Of a stretch of DNA of 64,000 nt, positions 1-12,720 are shown piece by piece (positions within the stretch are counted from its first letter, which is position 1; each line of letters starts with the position of its first letter). The DNA is from Phyllosticta citribraziliensis (Eukaryota): NCBI RefSeq assembly GCF_038025025.1, contig NW_027117344.1:124001-188000 (forward strand). The letters are read 5' to 3'. The notes below the pieces were generated by a model. The model had not been told where the DNA came from, did no database searches, and was given only the letters and a program-made list of their open reading frames with translations. The translations under genes and the position numbers were made by a program.

Positions 1-495
1 CTGAGAGGAGGAATTTTCGGGGCGGTTGTTCGAGATGAGCATGCTAGCCAGAGACTCAACTTTTGCCTCAAGAGTCTTAATCCGTGCATCTTGCTCCTGG
101 CTCCGGTGTCTGAAGAGGTTGGCCGAGGTGACATTGCTGGCTTGAAGTGACTCGACTTTCCCCTCAAGAGCTCCGATTTGTGCAGCTTGTTCTGCATTCT
201 CATCGTGGAGACGCAGGCTTCGGTGGCTCACAACTTTGATGAGATCGTGCAGCTCCTCTGTGTCCAGTGTCAAATCTATCATCTTGAAATCCTGCCCTTC
301 GATAGCACCCAGTAAGTCGCCGACCGATCCTTGACGGCACTGTTCCTCAGCATTGATTGCGTTCCACAGTTCTGCCTTCTCTTGCAAGAGGATATCCAGG
401 ACTTTGGCCGCACGGTCCTTCGACTTGCAAGCGCACTCGTCGTTGGGCCGGTTCACCCACTCCTCAATGGCCTCTTCCCGCGTGTGACGATCCAT
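1..495 (-). CDS. Partial hypothetical coiled-coil protein (runs off the window's left edge; may have an upstream exon)
   Basis: Hand translation from ATG at 495 gives 165 stop-free codons (MDRHTREEAIEEWVNRPNDECACKSKDR...QIGALEGKVESLQASN...RIKTLEAKVESLASML...) with heptad-like L/E/K periodicity. It is absent from the ORF track because no stop lies in the window. Confidence 0.6.
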   Translation of the reverse strand, partial: MDRHTREEAIEEWVNRPNDECACKSKDRAAKVLDILLQEKAELWNAINAEEQCRQGSVGDLLGAIEGQDFKMIDLTLDTEELHDLIKVVSHRSLRLHDENAEQAAQIGALEGKVESLQASNVTSANLFRHRSQEQDARIKTLEAKVESLASMLISNNRPENSSSQ

Positions 496-525
496 GTTGC
501 CGACGGGCCACTTGGGCGAGCTGTC

Positions 526-555
526 GCTGAAGCTGAAGCTGAAGCTGAAGCTGAA
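526..555. repeat. (GCTGAA)5 hexamer microsatellite
   Basis: Five exact tandem copies visible. Confidence 0.95.
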
Positions 556-1577
556 GTCGCATGGGGCAAATTACTAGCGCGCTTTGAGTGGAAACAAAAG
601 AGATCATGCTTACAGAGCGATGTCACTCAACCTCAAAAGCCGTCGGTGGCAGGATGACTTCACGACCTTGGGGTTATCGGTGGTGCGTCAAAGGGCGGTG
701 GTGGTTGAAATTTGGCGAGGTTTGAGCAGCGGAAACAAGATACAGTCGTGAGGACAAAGTGGTGCCTCTCAACCTCAAAAGCCACGGAGGGCAGAGCGAT
801 GGCGCGACCGTGAGGTTGGAGATGGGGCGGCGGTGGGCGGTGATGGTGTAAAAGTTTCGTCGAATTTGGAAAGGCAGAGGCTCTTGTGCGCGTGGGCTAC
901 CTAGCGCGCCTTCCTCCGGCGTGGTGGTTCCTTGGGGCAGGCGCAAGTTTTTGGAGCCTGGGGCACCGATCCAACTACAATCTCTCTTGAGCTCCCGAGG
1001 AAGATTTTGGAGAGTAACGCGTCAAGCACTGGCGCTCTTCATGGAGACACGGCATGTGCAGCTTCCTCTCACACATGTTGCCTGCTAATGATGTCCCTCG
1101 GTCAGGAGCTAGAATCACCATCGCCAGGACAGGCCTTTCGCTCCGAGGATGCTCAAATGCTCAGTGTCCAGGACATTGGGGTAGAGTCTCGATTTCATTG
1201 GAAAGATCGGGTGTTTCCCGCACACACAACGCGCTGGGCCACCCAAGGAGAAACAAGTCGGTTTCAGAGGGCCAGTTTACCTTACCTGGACATCCAAAGA
1301 CAGCTACAAAAGATGTGGGATAGACGCCCACAAGCTCCGGTGGGATACCGCAACTTGAGCAAGCAGTGGTGGCGAGCTAACGGCATCCCACCGCAACCAT
1401 CCCACCGGAAGAGGACGTTATGCAAGCAAAGCAGATCTTGCCTTCGCAATTGTGAGACTTCCTGCTGAGGGTCTATTCAAAAGCAGCTCTCGGGGCCGAG
1501 GTCCAGCAACCCTCATCTTTCACTTGCTCTTTTCCTTTGCCTTTTCGTCAACTGGAAAAGCAAAAACACAAGCAAAT

Positions 1578-2032
1578 ATGCCTCTTTTCGTCCCCTCGAC
1601 GCTTTACTACCTCTCAGCCGCACTCAACGTGCTCACAATCCCCAAACACGTCGCTGTCGGCTTCCGCAACATCTACCCAGCTGTCGAGAGCATCCCACCA
1701 AGTGCCTCGCTCGGTAAGCCAAAACACATCATTGGACCCACGTGGGACTATAGCAACGCTACGCTTGTCGCGTTGAGTGAGTGTTTCCTCGCGCTCACAG
1801 ACTTTCCTCTTGTTGCCACGAGACTGACACTGCGACAGCGGCGATGAACATTCTTTGGGCGCGTAAGGGCGGCCCCAGCTCAGTGGAGGAGAAGTGGGTG
1901 CTATGGACGAGTGTCGTCGGCGGCGCGGTCGTCGGCTGGCAGTACTGGCGCTGCAAGATGTATGCGGGGCTGGGGACGCTGTGGGGGGCGCCGGCGCTGA
2001 GTTTGGCGGCGATGCTTTGGCAGAGAGTTTGA
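1578..2032 (+). CDS. Small hydrophobic/membrane hypothetical protein, 2 exons
   Basis: MPLFVPSTLYYLSAALNVLTIPKHV... An intron at 1777-1838 (GTGAGT..CTGAC..ACAG) joins in frame to TAMNILWARKGGP...LSLAAMLWQRV*. Several hydrophobic segments. Confidence 0.8.
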
Positions 2033-2790
2033 GAAAACCTGTTGTGGAAGATTCGGGCGGTTGGTGGAAGATGGAGCCTGCTGTCGTGCTGAAGATGAAT
2101 GTGGATGCGGATAGAGGTGCCCTGAATCGACCAGAATGAGAGCAGGATGAGAGTGTACAGTAGTGCGTGAGAGAGAGGGATCGACCTACTGCGATGCTGC
2201 GTCAAAGAGGGCGCCGAGAGAAGTGAATACTCGCTTCGTCTTCATGTCGTGGCGAATTACCCCTCCCTGACCACACCCGTATCCTGAATGTGCTCGCGAA
2301 AGACTGCTCCTTGGGCGCGGCCACAGTGCCAAAAAGCAACTTCTGTTGACTCCACTTGTGACGCCTTTATCGATGGGGCAAGAGAAGTACAGCTGGGATA
2401 AGACGGCCCTGTTTTCTGTGGCGTGGCGTGCCACGGCCACAAGCCGTTCTGCAGTGACATGAAGCTTCTGCTTTGCGGCGACGAGCCTTGGGGCTGAAGA
2501 ACCACCAATCCTAACACGCTGCTGTAGGGTGGCTTACCCAACTACTGCAGACTCTGATCAAACCTCAGCCTCGGGCCCTGTTTGACACCTATCTGTGAAA
2601 ATACGCAGGAAATTAGCTTTTTTTTTCATTCGTATTTTGTGGAGTTCGAAGCTGAAAAGATCCAAGTGCTTTGTTGTTTACCTTGCTTTTTATTAGTATT
2701 GAGAGATGACGCGAGCATGATTGCAAGGGAAAAATGCCACCTGAATTGGGTGGTAGACAACGCAAACAGTTGCCATGATAGCAATTTGAA

Positions 2791-2889
2791 CGCATTGAAT
2801 CAGTTAGGCAACTGTTGATTTGCGCAATCAATCGATCACTTGTCTCTAACTGCGTTGCGGAGTTGCGCCAAATACTTAAAGACAGGATA
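2791..2889 (+). repeat. Diverged non-coding repeat, homologous in inverted orientation to 12931-13030; upstream of helicase-like H1
   Basis: cgcattgaatcagttaggcaactgttgatttgcgcaatcaatcgatc...tgcgttgcggagttgcgccaaatacttaaagacagg aligns with the reverse complement of 12931-13030 (cgcaatttaatcaatcaggcacctgattgtttgggcaatcaatcaatc...tgcgttgctgagctgcgccaattacttaaaggcagg). Confidence 0.85.
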
Positions 2890-3307
2890 TTCGATCTCAG
2901 ACCAAAGCGCCAACACCTACTCTTTATGTCAATGTCTCTGTAAAATTCAGTCTGGTGCAGAAATTCGGCTCCTTTCACTTACTGCCAGGCGGTGGACTTA
3001 CCACTCGGCGCCGGGAAGAAACGACGACTGCCACCGGAAGCGAGATTTAGCACCGGAAGCGAGAACACCGTCTAATACCTTGGAGCCACCCCAACTCTCA
3101 CCCACTTGCCCTCCAACCTCTGCTCTCCAACCTCCAATTTTCATCCGCGTCCACATCCCTCCGTCTCCACCAGACTCAGCCCAACCCTCGCCCACTACTT
3201 TCCAACCTCAAACCTTCGTCCAATCCAAACCACCTCCCACCACGGTAAGCTTGCGACCTGCCCTCATCCTTGTGGTATTTGAGTCTTGAACCTGACGCCT
3301 CCAGATC

Positions 3308-4345
3308 ATGTCTTCTACCAACCCCGCCAACTCGCTGCCCGAGGGCATGGCTGAGAAGCTCGCTGGCTCGGATGTGGAGCCGCCAAAGGACTGGTCGCAG
3401 TACGGCTTCCCCCAATTCTTGAAGGACAACCTTGCGAGCCTCGGCGCCACCCGACCCACCATGGCCCAGGCGGAATTGTTGGCGTGAGTTTCGCATTCAA
3501 TTGATCTTCGGAGTCGAGGCTAATATGATGAGCAGTATGCTTGGCCAGGCGGATTTCGACTCGTTTGTCACTACACAGCTTGAGGGGGAGGGAGGAAGCA
3601 CGCTGGGAATTTGTCTCTCCGCAATCCTCACGGCGTATCGCCGAATCGACGGAAGGAGGCGTTGTGTGGACCAGACGGGAAAGCTGATCCAGCCCGCGGG
3701 CCCTGAGTCCAAGGCTCGAGACAGGAGTCGCCCCATCCTCCCGGCCTCCATCATTCTGTGCCCAACAACGGACGCCGCGGAGAACATGCACAGGATGCTT
3801 CAGAGCTTGACGCACCCGGGCTGCCTGTACCTCGGCACCATAATCGACGGCAAGAAGAGAGAGGATACCGTCCTGCAGTTCGAATACGATTGCGACATCA
3901 TTGTTGCGACCCCTGCCGAGCTAATCAGCATTGTGGAGGACAAAGACTTGATCATCAAGTCGCCGCGGAGCTTCATCTTGGACGAGGTTCACTGGCTGCT
4001 CGGATCTTACTTTGAGTGGCCGCTTGAGAAGCTATACCATCTTCGTGAGTACCAACCGAAACCCTTTTCGTGCCTCACTAACATGTGACAGGAGTTATTA
4101 GCTCCACCACCAGCTTGGGCTTCGTCTGCAAGTTCTACACCGAAGCGATCCACAAGGACGTGTTGGCCTTCCGCGACCGCTCAGAGCTGCCGCTCATCAC
4201 GACGACCTTTGCCCACGATCCTGTTCCGAATCTCGAGCGCCAGCTGACCGGCGAGTTTGAGTACATGGAGGAGGTCCCGAGCTACCACAATTGCGGAAAG
4301 AATTGGTACGCAGACTACAGCTCCGCTAATTCGGGCTGGTGGTAA
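3308..4345 (+). CDS. Degenerate DEAD-box helicase-like protein H1 (N-terminal RecA domain only)
   Basis: Introns 3484-3535 and 4045-4091 splice in frame. Q-motif-like WSQYGFPQFLKDNLASLGATRPTMAQ, motif I eroded (GEGGST), Ia CPTTDAA, Ib ATPAEL, II LDEVH. Ends ...EEVPSY...YSSANSGWW* with no second RecA domain. Confidence 0.8.
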
Positions 4346-5438
4346 GATGTCTCCGGCTTCCGAATTGTCAGAGTAGGCCACGGTTGGAGTAGTGCAAGGA
4401 CGGCTCTCACGCCTAAGTTTTGGAACTGGTCGGAGCGGCGGTGGAATGCTCCTGACGCGCGCCGACTCCTCCGTTGGCCATGGTGTTCGCAGTAATGCTC
4501 AGAGCTCGGGCTTGGAACGAGTTGGAACAGTGGGAGGACAAGGTGGAATTGGTCGGAACGGTGGACAGATGCCCAGCGGAATTGAAGATGGAATCGGTCG
4601 GATAGCAGTACAACGGCTTTGAGCTCCTCCGGGCCGGAAATCCGTTGGAATCGGTGGATTGGAAATAGAACATGCTTCCCACTTACGTACTTTGTCCGAC
4701 TGCGATGTCTTTCCCGCCGAATGCCAGTCGCCATCAACAATACTGACCTGCTCGCAGCGGTTGAAGAATGCGTGGCGAGCAGTCAGCAATCATGACCTGT
4801 GCAGACATTGCCTTCTCTTTGAAGACATCTGGTAAGACCGGCCGCTGATGGCAGCTCTCTATCACTCTTGACTAGAATGAATGACGAGCAGTACCTTGCA
4901 AGAGTCGTCAGAAGCAGGTGAGTGCAACGAGACGCACGAATGCTCCCGAGCCGCCAGGGCGGTAACTCAATACGACAAGGCTGAGAAGACATGGATGAAT
5001 CGCAACGATCCATGTCTTGCGTGAGTCCTGAGATGCAATGACCAGGGATCATTCGTATTATTTGCCCGAGTGAGCAAGTTTGCGAGGGTTGGAGAATGCA
5101 TGCGCGACAGGCGGGCGGGACGGCTCGGATCGAGGATCGTCGGTGAGTAAGCGAGCCGGCATGACGCATGGCGGTCGTCAACGCCTCGCCTCACACGCTG
5201 GCAGCGGGCTCTGTACGTGAAAGATCATAAGGGAAAGAGATGCACTTTGACTCGAAAAATGACGCATATCTTTCATAAAAGTGGACGACTGAACGCGAAA
5301 AAGTACACTGACTGTCAAAGAAAATTGAAGGGGGGAGAAGAAGAGGGGCAAAAAGACAAGAAAAGACAACCATGATATCGCAAATGCAAACCGTTCCCAC
5401 ACCGTGACCACGTATTCCAACGCCTGGCAAGACCGCAA

Positions 5439-6118
5439 TCAAGCCTTTCTCTCCAAGTCATCGGAGCTGGGCGCGATCGACCGCAGCGAAACAGGGATGC
5501 CGGTCGAGTCCTCCTCGCTGGCCGAGTTCCACTTGAGCGACCACGAGCCGTCCTCGCCGGTGGGCGCCGCGTGGAACTTGGACTGCAGCGTGCCGTCGGA
5601 GCCCACCCACATCAGCCAGTCGCCGAAGAAGACGAAGCCCGTGTCGGTGTAGTTGTCGCCGGGGCTGCTGTCGGAGAGCGAGACCGAGTCGAACGAGTCC
5701 GATCCCGTGTTGATGTACATGGACATGGAGGTGGGAGCAGTGGTGTTGGAGGTGGTGGGGGAGACGCCGATGGGAGCAGAAGAGCCGTTGAACGAGACTG
5801 GACCGGTCAGTTTTGTGGAGACTTCTGAGATTTGGCGCGCTTACAGGTTACGTTGGACACAACGCTGGCGTTTGAAGGCGCGTGTTGACCAATGAGCGCG
5901 TTGCCTGAGTTGGAATTAGTCAAGTTTCTCAGGCTGCCGATGAAGTCCTCACCGTCTGCGTAGATGAGCGGAGTGCCGCCAATGGTGCCAGCGGTGCCGG
6001 TGCCGTAGGCGTGAAGCATGACGTCGGTTTTGACTGAAGCGCGGCGGTCTAGAGGGAGAGAAGCTGCAGAGACCAAAGCAGCCGTGGCGAGTAGAGCTAT
6101 CGTAGTGAATGAGTGCAT
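5439..6118 (-). CDS. Secreted hypothetical protein (signal peptide, Ser/Thr-rich), 3 exons
   Basis: Signal-like N-terminus MHSFTTIALLATAALVSAASLPLDRR with a dibasic site. Two GT..AG introns with CTAAT/CTCAG-like branch sites. Last exon is ORF 5439-5726 (FVFFGDWLMW...WSLKWN). Confidence 0.75.
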
Positions 6119-8055
6119 CTTGAATGAGCGTATAAGTATAGAATGCTGCTTGGTAGGAGCAAGTATCAAGTAGATGGACGCAGGCCTGATCCGAACTTGG
6201 CAATTCTTGTTGGAGTAAAGATGAACTGTAGAAGCATGAATGGTGGAGCGAAGGGGTTTCGCTTATTCGGGTCTCACGTGTACGGGTACGAGGTGGGTTG
6301 GAGGGTTGGTTTTAAAGAAGCGGCGGTTGCGAGCTGCTCGCAGGCACAACAGATAAGGCGGGCAGCTCAGGCTGGTAGCTGGCGCATGCATGGGCGGTGT
6401 TGCGTACGCGGCAAGGTGCCGAACAAACGGTCCCCGACAAACGGTCCTCAGAGCCACGAATCTCGGAGGCCAGCATCCCCAGTCTACCATGGTCCAGCCG
6501 AAGGCCAAGCTTTCAAGACGGGGGAGCTTGGTAACATCACGGTCCAAGTAACCAAGCCATCTTACGCATGTCAGTCAAATTTAGAAGTGATGGTCCATCA
6601 ATTGCGGCCTGAGAGGTCACTTTGCTCGAAGCTTTACCGGTCAAGGTCTCGACAGCTGGAAACGAGGAGTCTGTAAGAAGATGGATCCAGAGCGCTCAAT
6701 TGGGACTGGGAAAACGTAAGCTGGTGACGTGACGAGTTGACTGAAGAGGTGTCTGGTCCGGGAACGCGTTGTTTGGGTGCCGTGCGGTGCAGTTGGCCGT
6801 CGGAGCGGGAATTCCTTTTCCCGGAAGACCGGGCTTGGCGTGCAGGGCTGAGGTGTCCAGGCACCCGGACCCAGACCCAGGCCTTCCACGGCATCCATTC
6901 CACACCTCACCAGCCACGACGCCTTCGGTCCATCACCTCCATTTGTACGCTTTTTCCATCCAGAATCCCGCAAGCGACCCGCGTTGATTCCCATCGAAAG
7001 AATTCATCGTCGCACGGCATCTCCTGCGCCGACGACCTCCGCTGCTGCAGGAACCCACAGAGGCCGAGTCATGTGCTGACGCGTCCAACTCCCTGGCCCT
7101 ATGCGTTTGCCGCTGTTCGACGAGGGAGATCCGCGGATCGTGGTCAATCAAATCCGATACGCTCCCGTCTGGTCTCATCTGGCCAGTGAAGAGACTCGAC
7201 AAGTCGCCTATCGACTCCAACAAGATCTGGAAAGCCCGGGCTGCAACGACAAGTGCAAACCGTGGGCTCCAACCTGCCACGAGCTTCGTACAGACGTGTT
7301 GCCGAATCGTCCCGCAGTGCTCCACCAGGCCGCAATGCACCTCTCGATAGTGTCCTCTGTGCCTCATCCACGCCAGTTCAATTCTCGGGCATGCCGAAGG
7401 TACTCCATTTAGACTGCTGCCGTTCGGTTGTGGGTGGTGATCGCCCCTTCTCCGGCTTCTCTGTTCACGCCTGAACCAATCATGAGAGATGGAAACTCAT
7501 CAACTCGCTGTTGCTGTCAGTACGGCCAAAGCTGTGAATCAACACCGTTTCCGAGATTCGTCATTGACCTCTGGATGCTGACCAGAGACGTTGGCCAAAA
7601 CCGTTGAACATGATTTCGAAATCCCATGTACCTGCGACAAATTTTACACACGCGTCACTGCATCGCGTTTCCGACTGCTAAATCTGGACATCGTGCAGGT
7701 TTCAGGCCAATACATTTTTCCATATCCGTCCCCTTGGCGCCTAACCAGGGGTAGGTCTCCGCAAGGCGCTGGAGCCCCCGTGCAAAAGTCCTCGTTCTTG
7801 AGCCGCGCGTGCTTGCATCATGGGCTGTGCAGGAGGAGTTCGGGAACGCCTGATGACACCCAGTCCACTGTGCATAGTACTGCCACATCATGAAAGGCAG
7901 TCCATGCTTGTGTCGGTAGGTTGCCATGATAAATGTCTTTTGCCCGACGATGTTGTCTTTCAAGCTCGTGTCATTTACCTTTAACTTCTTCGCTCGCTAC
8001 GACAGTCATTCTTTTGGGGTACCTGACTGAAAATTTCTCTTCTTTCCTCTGAAAT

Positions 8056-9970
8056 ATGCGCGTTGGTCTTCTCGGAGCCAGTGTGCTCTGTGGTCTTGCT
8101 TCGGCGTTGCCTCAGGCCGAATCCACCTCTGCCTCCAACACTACCGCGACATCCACCACATCCAGCACCGCCTCTACTTGCTCAGGGAATGACGCCTCTT
8201 CGAGGACGTCTTGGTGCGACTACGACATTTCCACCGACTACACCACCACAGTCCCTGACACAGGCGTTGTTCGGGAATATTGGTTTGATCTGCAGGATGG
8301 GACAGCGTCACCTGACGGTATCGAGCGCTATGTGCAAACCATAAACGGAAGCGTACCTGGCCCAACAATCTATGGAGACTGGGGAGACACTGTCAGGGTA
8401 CACTTTACCAACAGCCTGAGCCAGAGCACCAATGGCACGAGTATACATTTCCACGGCATGCGCCAAAATTATACCAACCAGAATGATGGTGTTGTCTCCA
8501 TTACGCAGTGCCCCCTTGCAGTCGGGAGCAGCATGACCTATGAGTTTCGTCTGACGCAGTACGGCTCGAGCTGGTATGTTAGTCTCCAATTCCACAATGC
8601 GTGTCTAATCTTTCCAGGTACCACTCGCACTATGGACTTCAGGCTTGGGAGGGTCTTTTCGGTGGTATTCTGATCAACGGTCCCGCGACTGCAAACTACG
8701 ACGAAGATCTTGGCCACGTCTTCCTCAACGACTGGGACCACCAGACTGTCGATGAGTTGTGGGACACGGCCGAAGGCAGCGGCCCGCCGACTCTCGACAC
8801 TGGTCTTCTCAATGGCACAAACATTTATAACAATTCGGGAACCATTACTGGCGAGCGCCTCACCTTCAATTGGACCTCGGGCACCTCGTACCGCCTGCGC
8901 TTCGTCAATGCGGCCGTCGATTCGCACTACAAGGTCATGGTAGACAACCATACCATGACTGTGATTGCTGCCGACCTGGTTCCAATTGAGCCCTACGAGA
9001 CGACCGTGCTCAACATGGTATGATTGAATATCCGTCAAATTTCAAAGCTAACGTTTTCTAGGGAATGGGACAGCGATACGACGTCATCATCACGGCCAAC
9101 CAAGCATCCGTGGCCTCTGACTTTTGGATGCGAGCAATCGCGCAGTCGGCGTGCTCAGAAAACGACAACCCGACAATCAGGGGCATCGTGCACTACGACG
9201 ACTCAACAGACACGCCCTCGACATATGCCTACTCGTACACGGACGAGTGCGTCGACGAGAGTATCAGCGACCTGGTCCCCTACGTTGCCAAAACGATGGA
9301 CATTGGCACCAACCTGACCGAGGACGTCACAGTCGGTATCAACTCTGACAGCCTCTTCCGCTGGTACATGAACTCGACGTCAATGAGCGTCGAATGGGCC
9401 GACCCGACGCTCCAGCAAGTCTACAACGACGACCTCAGCTTCACCAACACCAGCGGCGTCGTGCAGCTCGACACGGCCAACCAGTGGTACTTCATCGTCA
9501 TCGAGACGTCCAACACCGTCCCGCACCCGTATGTTCCAGGTCATTGGTTAAGCTTGGGAGCCAACACTGACTCTTTGCAGGATCCATTTGCACGGGCATG
9601 ATTTCAGCATCGTCGCGCAGGGCACCGGGTCGTGGGACGGCTCCATTTCCAGCACGACGAACCCCCCGCGCCGCGACACGGCCATGCTGCTGGCGTCGGG
9701 CCATCTCGTGCTCGGCTTCGAGACGGACAACCCCGGCGCGTGGCTGATGCACTGCCATATAGGATGGGTGAGTCCAGAAAATAATCATAGAGTGAAAAAA
9801 GCAGGAGCTGACAAGCACAGCACACGTCCGAAGGCTTCGCCATCCAAATCCTCGAGCGCTACACCGAGCTGCAGGACCTGATCGACTCCGATTCGCTCAA
9901 CTCGACGTGCAGCGCGTGGACGACGTATGCGGCCGAGGCGTCGGTCACGTCGGACGACTCGGGCATCTAA
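8056..9970 (+). CDS. Secreted laccase / multicopper oxidase (AA1), 5 exons
   Basis: Signal peptide. Cu-binding motifs HFHG, WYHSH, HP|IHLHGH and HCHIGW|H are rebuilt across four introns. Ends with the ascomycete laccase DSGI* terminus at 9970. Confidence 0.95.
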
Positions 9971-10761
9971 GGAGCATTCAGCCGTCTGGACTGTACTAAT
10001 GTCTCGTCTTTCTCTCTTTTGTTCCCTGCATGTACGGCCGGAGTGGATGCACGGTTTGGTCTCTCGGACTCGCATTTTTCCTTCTTCTCGTTCGTTTCCG
10101 TCTCGTTTGTCCAGAGCACGGCGTTTGTGGGCGTCGCTTTTTCGGTTCAGGCACGAGAATACAAATACGTCTATTGCGCTGTCGTGGTGTTGCAAATACG
10201 CGCTATTCGCGGTGGTGGGCTGGGAATGCCGGCTAGTATTGCTGTGTCAGTCATCAAGAGCATCCATTCGCAAGCACACCAAGATTCCGGATGCTGTCAG
10301 GGAGCAGTCATTCGCTGACCCGGCAACACGGAGGGAGCATTCACCCTCATCAAGTCATTTCTCGAGTGTTTGTGGAAATCAGAAGATGTGATTTTGCTTT
10401 TCTATGGACGCAACACTATCCTTTGTGATTTTTCCTTTTGGCTTTTCTCCATCGCGATACTCTGAAGGTCGAGCACGTCTTTCCGGGACCTGGAGACGTA
10501 GTCCGGTTGTGCGTCGTAGTTCGGCGGAGGGGCGCAGAGTGACGACGTGGGTTCTGGAAGGGAAACCCCTCGAGCAAAGCCGAAACCTTTGAGACCGAAT
10601 GTCGTCAAAAATGAAGAACGCAGGCGGATTTTTACAGCAGCAGTATGTGAGGGCGAGCACAGAAAAAAGACCCGGGAGCATACGAGAGCCGAACTTGCGT
10701 TCATGAGGTCGGAGAAGCATGGGATGCAGCGGCGGACCCGGCTGATGCGTGTTGTGACGAC

Positions 10762-12475
10762 TCAAGCTCCACCGTTGCTGACAGCAGGAGTCGGGACTGG
10801 GTGGACCGGGGCGATGCACGCGCCTTGCCTGAAGCGATCAAGCAGCGCGAATCTGGTCAGCTCCTGCTGGCCCGAACGAACCAGATGGTGGGCCAGCTTT
10901 ACGAACAAATGCTCGTCGCGCTGCGAGTAGAAGGCCAAGCACCAGCCAGCGAACTCCGAGAGCGCAATGCGGTTGTTGCGCTGGAAGAAACGAGCCACGG
11001 GCGAGCAAGACTGCGACTCGCTGGCCATTGGGGGAAGACCGGCGTGAATAACGCACTCGACTGCCGCGATCGTGATGTTTTTGACAGCAGAGTCGGTCGT
11101 GATGATTACCTCTGCGCTCTCGCATTCGCGGCAGGTCTCCTCGCGTCCTTTGTGATTGTTGTCTCTGAGCACGACGAGCCGTCGGGTGCCACGCAGGAAA
11201 GTGCTCAGAGCGTCGATCTGCGACATGTTGGCAAAGATTATGACTTTGCCCGACATCTTTTCCATTGTCCGAGCGATCTTGCTGCTCGTCTCAACGTCGA
11301 CTTCGTCGATGGGGTCGAAGGCCATATTCGTGTGCCGCATCGGAGTTGTAGCAAGGGTCGATGCGCGTGTCGAGACCAGCAGCGTGTCCTCCTCCTCCAA
11401 GAAATCGATCACGTCGTCCTCCAAGTCGTCCGAGTACCGACAAGACACGAACGAGAAGAGAGCGTTTTCCGCGAAAACGCCTGATTTCGTCAGCAAACGG
11501 TCTGATCGTACCAAACATGGAAACTTGCGCTTGTGAAAAAGTCGCTGGAACTGCGAAAGGAAGACATCGTTGTAGAGGAGAGCTCGAGTCCCATTCATGA
11601 TGACGAACTCAGCGTCTAGCAGTGGATAGCCTCTGACAATCATGCCCCAGAGTCGTCCCGGGGTGGCAACCAAGACCTCAGCGCCGGCGTCGAGCTGCTC
11701 CCCCTGCTCCTTCAGGCTCATGAAGCCTTCGGCCTTTGCCGCACGAATCGGTCCATTGAGCGACAACGCCTTCAAAGCGCTAAATGTATACAAGACGCTC
11801 TGTCGACTCGGGCAGAGAACGACCACGGTCGGCACCGCACCTCGAGCCTGCGTTCTGCCACTGCGGACGTATCTCCTGTGCGCGATTCAGATGGCCGAAA
11901 GGCAGATCCCGATGGTGCGGTCAAGTGAGGGCTCCGCTGGAACCATGACGTGGGATTTTCCAGTGCCCATGATCCTTGTTCTCTCAGTCCCATGCTCCGA
12001 CACAAGGGGCTCGACGAAACTCACCTCAGGAACTCTCTCTGCACGTCTGAAGGTTTCCAAATCCCAAGGCGGTTGAGATTGTCGAGCAGGAACTGGGGAG
12101 GTCTGTAGTACGCCCAATCCTGCGGCGCGGAGGTATGTTGGGGGACCACCACAGCTGGAATCGTCGCTATCTCGGTGACGTTCTGGGAGACTGGTGAGCG
12201 CGAGTAACGTGGTCAATTGGAGAGCTAACTTGGTCGTTGCCCGGTTGCTGATCGTTCACCTCGTTGCCGGCGGACGAGGGAGGTTGAGAACGCAAAGTGC
12301 TGTGTCCAGTCGCCTGGAAAGGAGATATAGAAGGCTCCTACGAGGCCGTCAGCGCAGGCAGAGTGTCATTGCTTCTTTCAGCACTTACGTTTGCCCCACC
12401 AGCGCCCACAGCATCTTCCTCTGTGGAAAGCGAGGATGGTCCAGTGCCGGGCATTGCACATTCGGAGGAGGCCAT
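10762..12475 (-). pseudogene. Degenerate DEAD-box helicase-like paralog H2 with in-frame nonsense codon
   Basis: Q-motif exon DWAYYRPPQFLLDNLNRLGIWKPSDVQREFLR, then GICLSAI*IAHRR (TGA at 11887-11889, same frame as ORF 10762-11835), LCPSR, VATPGRL, motif II MNGTR, KVIIFAN, TTDSAVK. The start at 12475 is tentative. Confidence 0.8.
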
Positions 12476-12589
12476 TCGGAAGTACCGTGCTGGAACAGAG
12501 GCGAAAACCGCAACAGCGTTTGATAGATGGTGAGCCAAGGGCGGAGGATAAAGGGCGGAGGAGTAGGCCGGGCAGAGGATGTTGGGCGG

Positions 12590-12720
12590 CAGGTCGAGCG
12601 CTACAAGCGAGTTTCTGGAGGCGGTGCGGCTGTGTGTGAGCGGCCGGTGCAAACCCTACAGGTCCAGGCCTGGTGGGAAGTAGTAGAGCCGTTAACACTC
12701 CAGGTGTTATTTTGAACCGC
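12590..12720 (-). promoter_or_regulatory. Conserved upstream element of the helicase family (H2 copy)
   Basis: Sense strand reads ccgcaccgcctccagaaactcgcttgtagcgctcgacctg, plus a TAACAC-N5-GTGTTA inverted motif. Homologous to the copies upstream of H3, H4 and H5. Confidence 0.75.

Noticed and set aside
932..1468. 178-aa ORF
   Set aside because: Non-ATG start, no recognisable domain or splice support.
4392..4670. Degenerate GGAA(T/C)(T/C)GGTCGGA repeats / Gly-rich ORF after H1 as a possible RGG tail
   Set aside because: Lies beyond H1's stop with no convincing splice link. Repeats are short and irregular.
6200..7900. Several 70-180 aa overlapping ORFs
   Set aside because: No motif or consistent exon chain. 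More likely the divergent promoter region of the secreted-protein and laccase genes.
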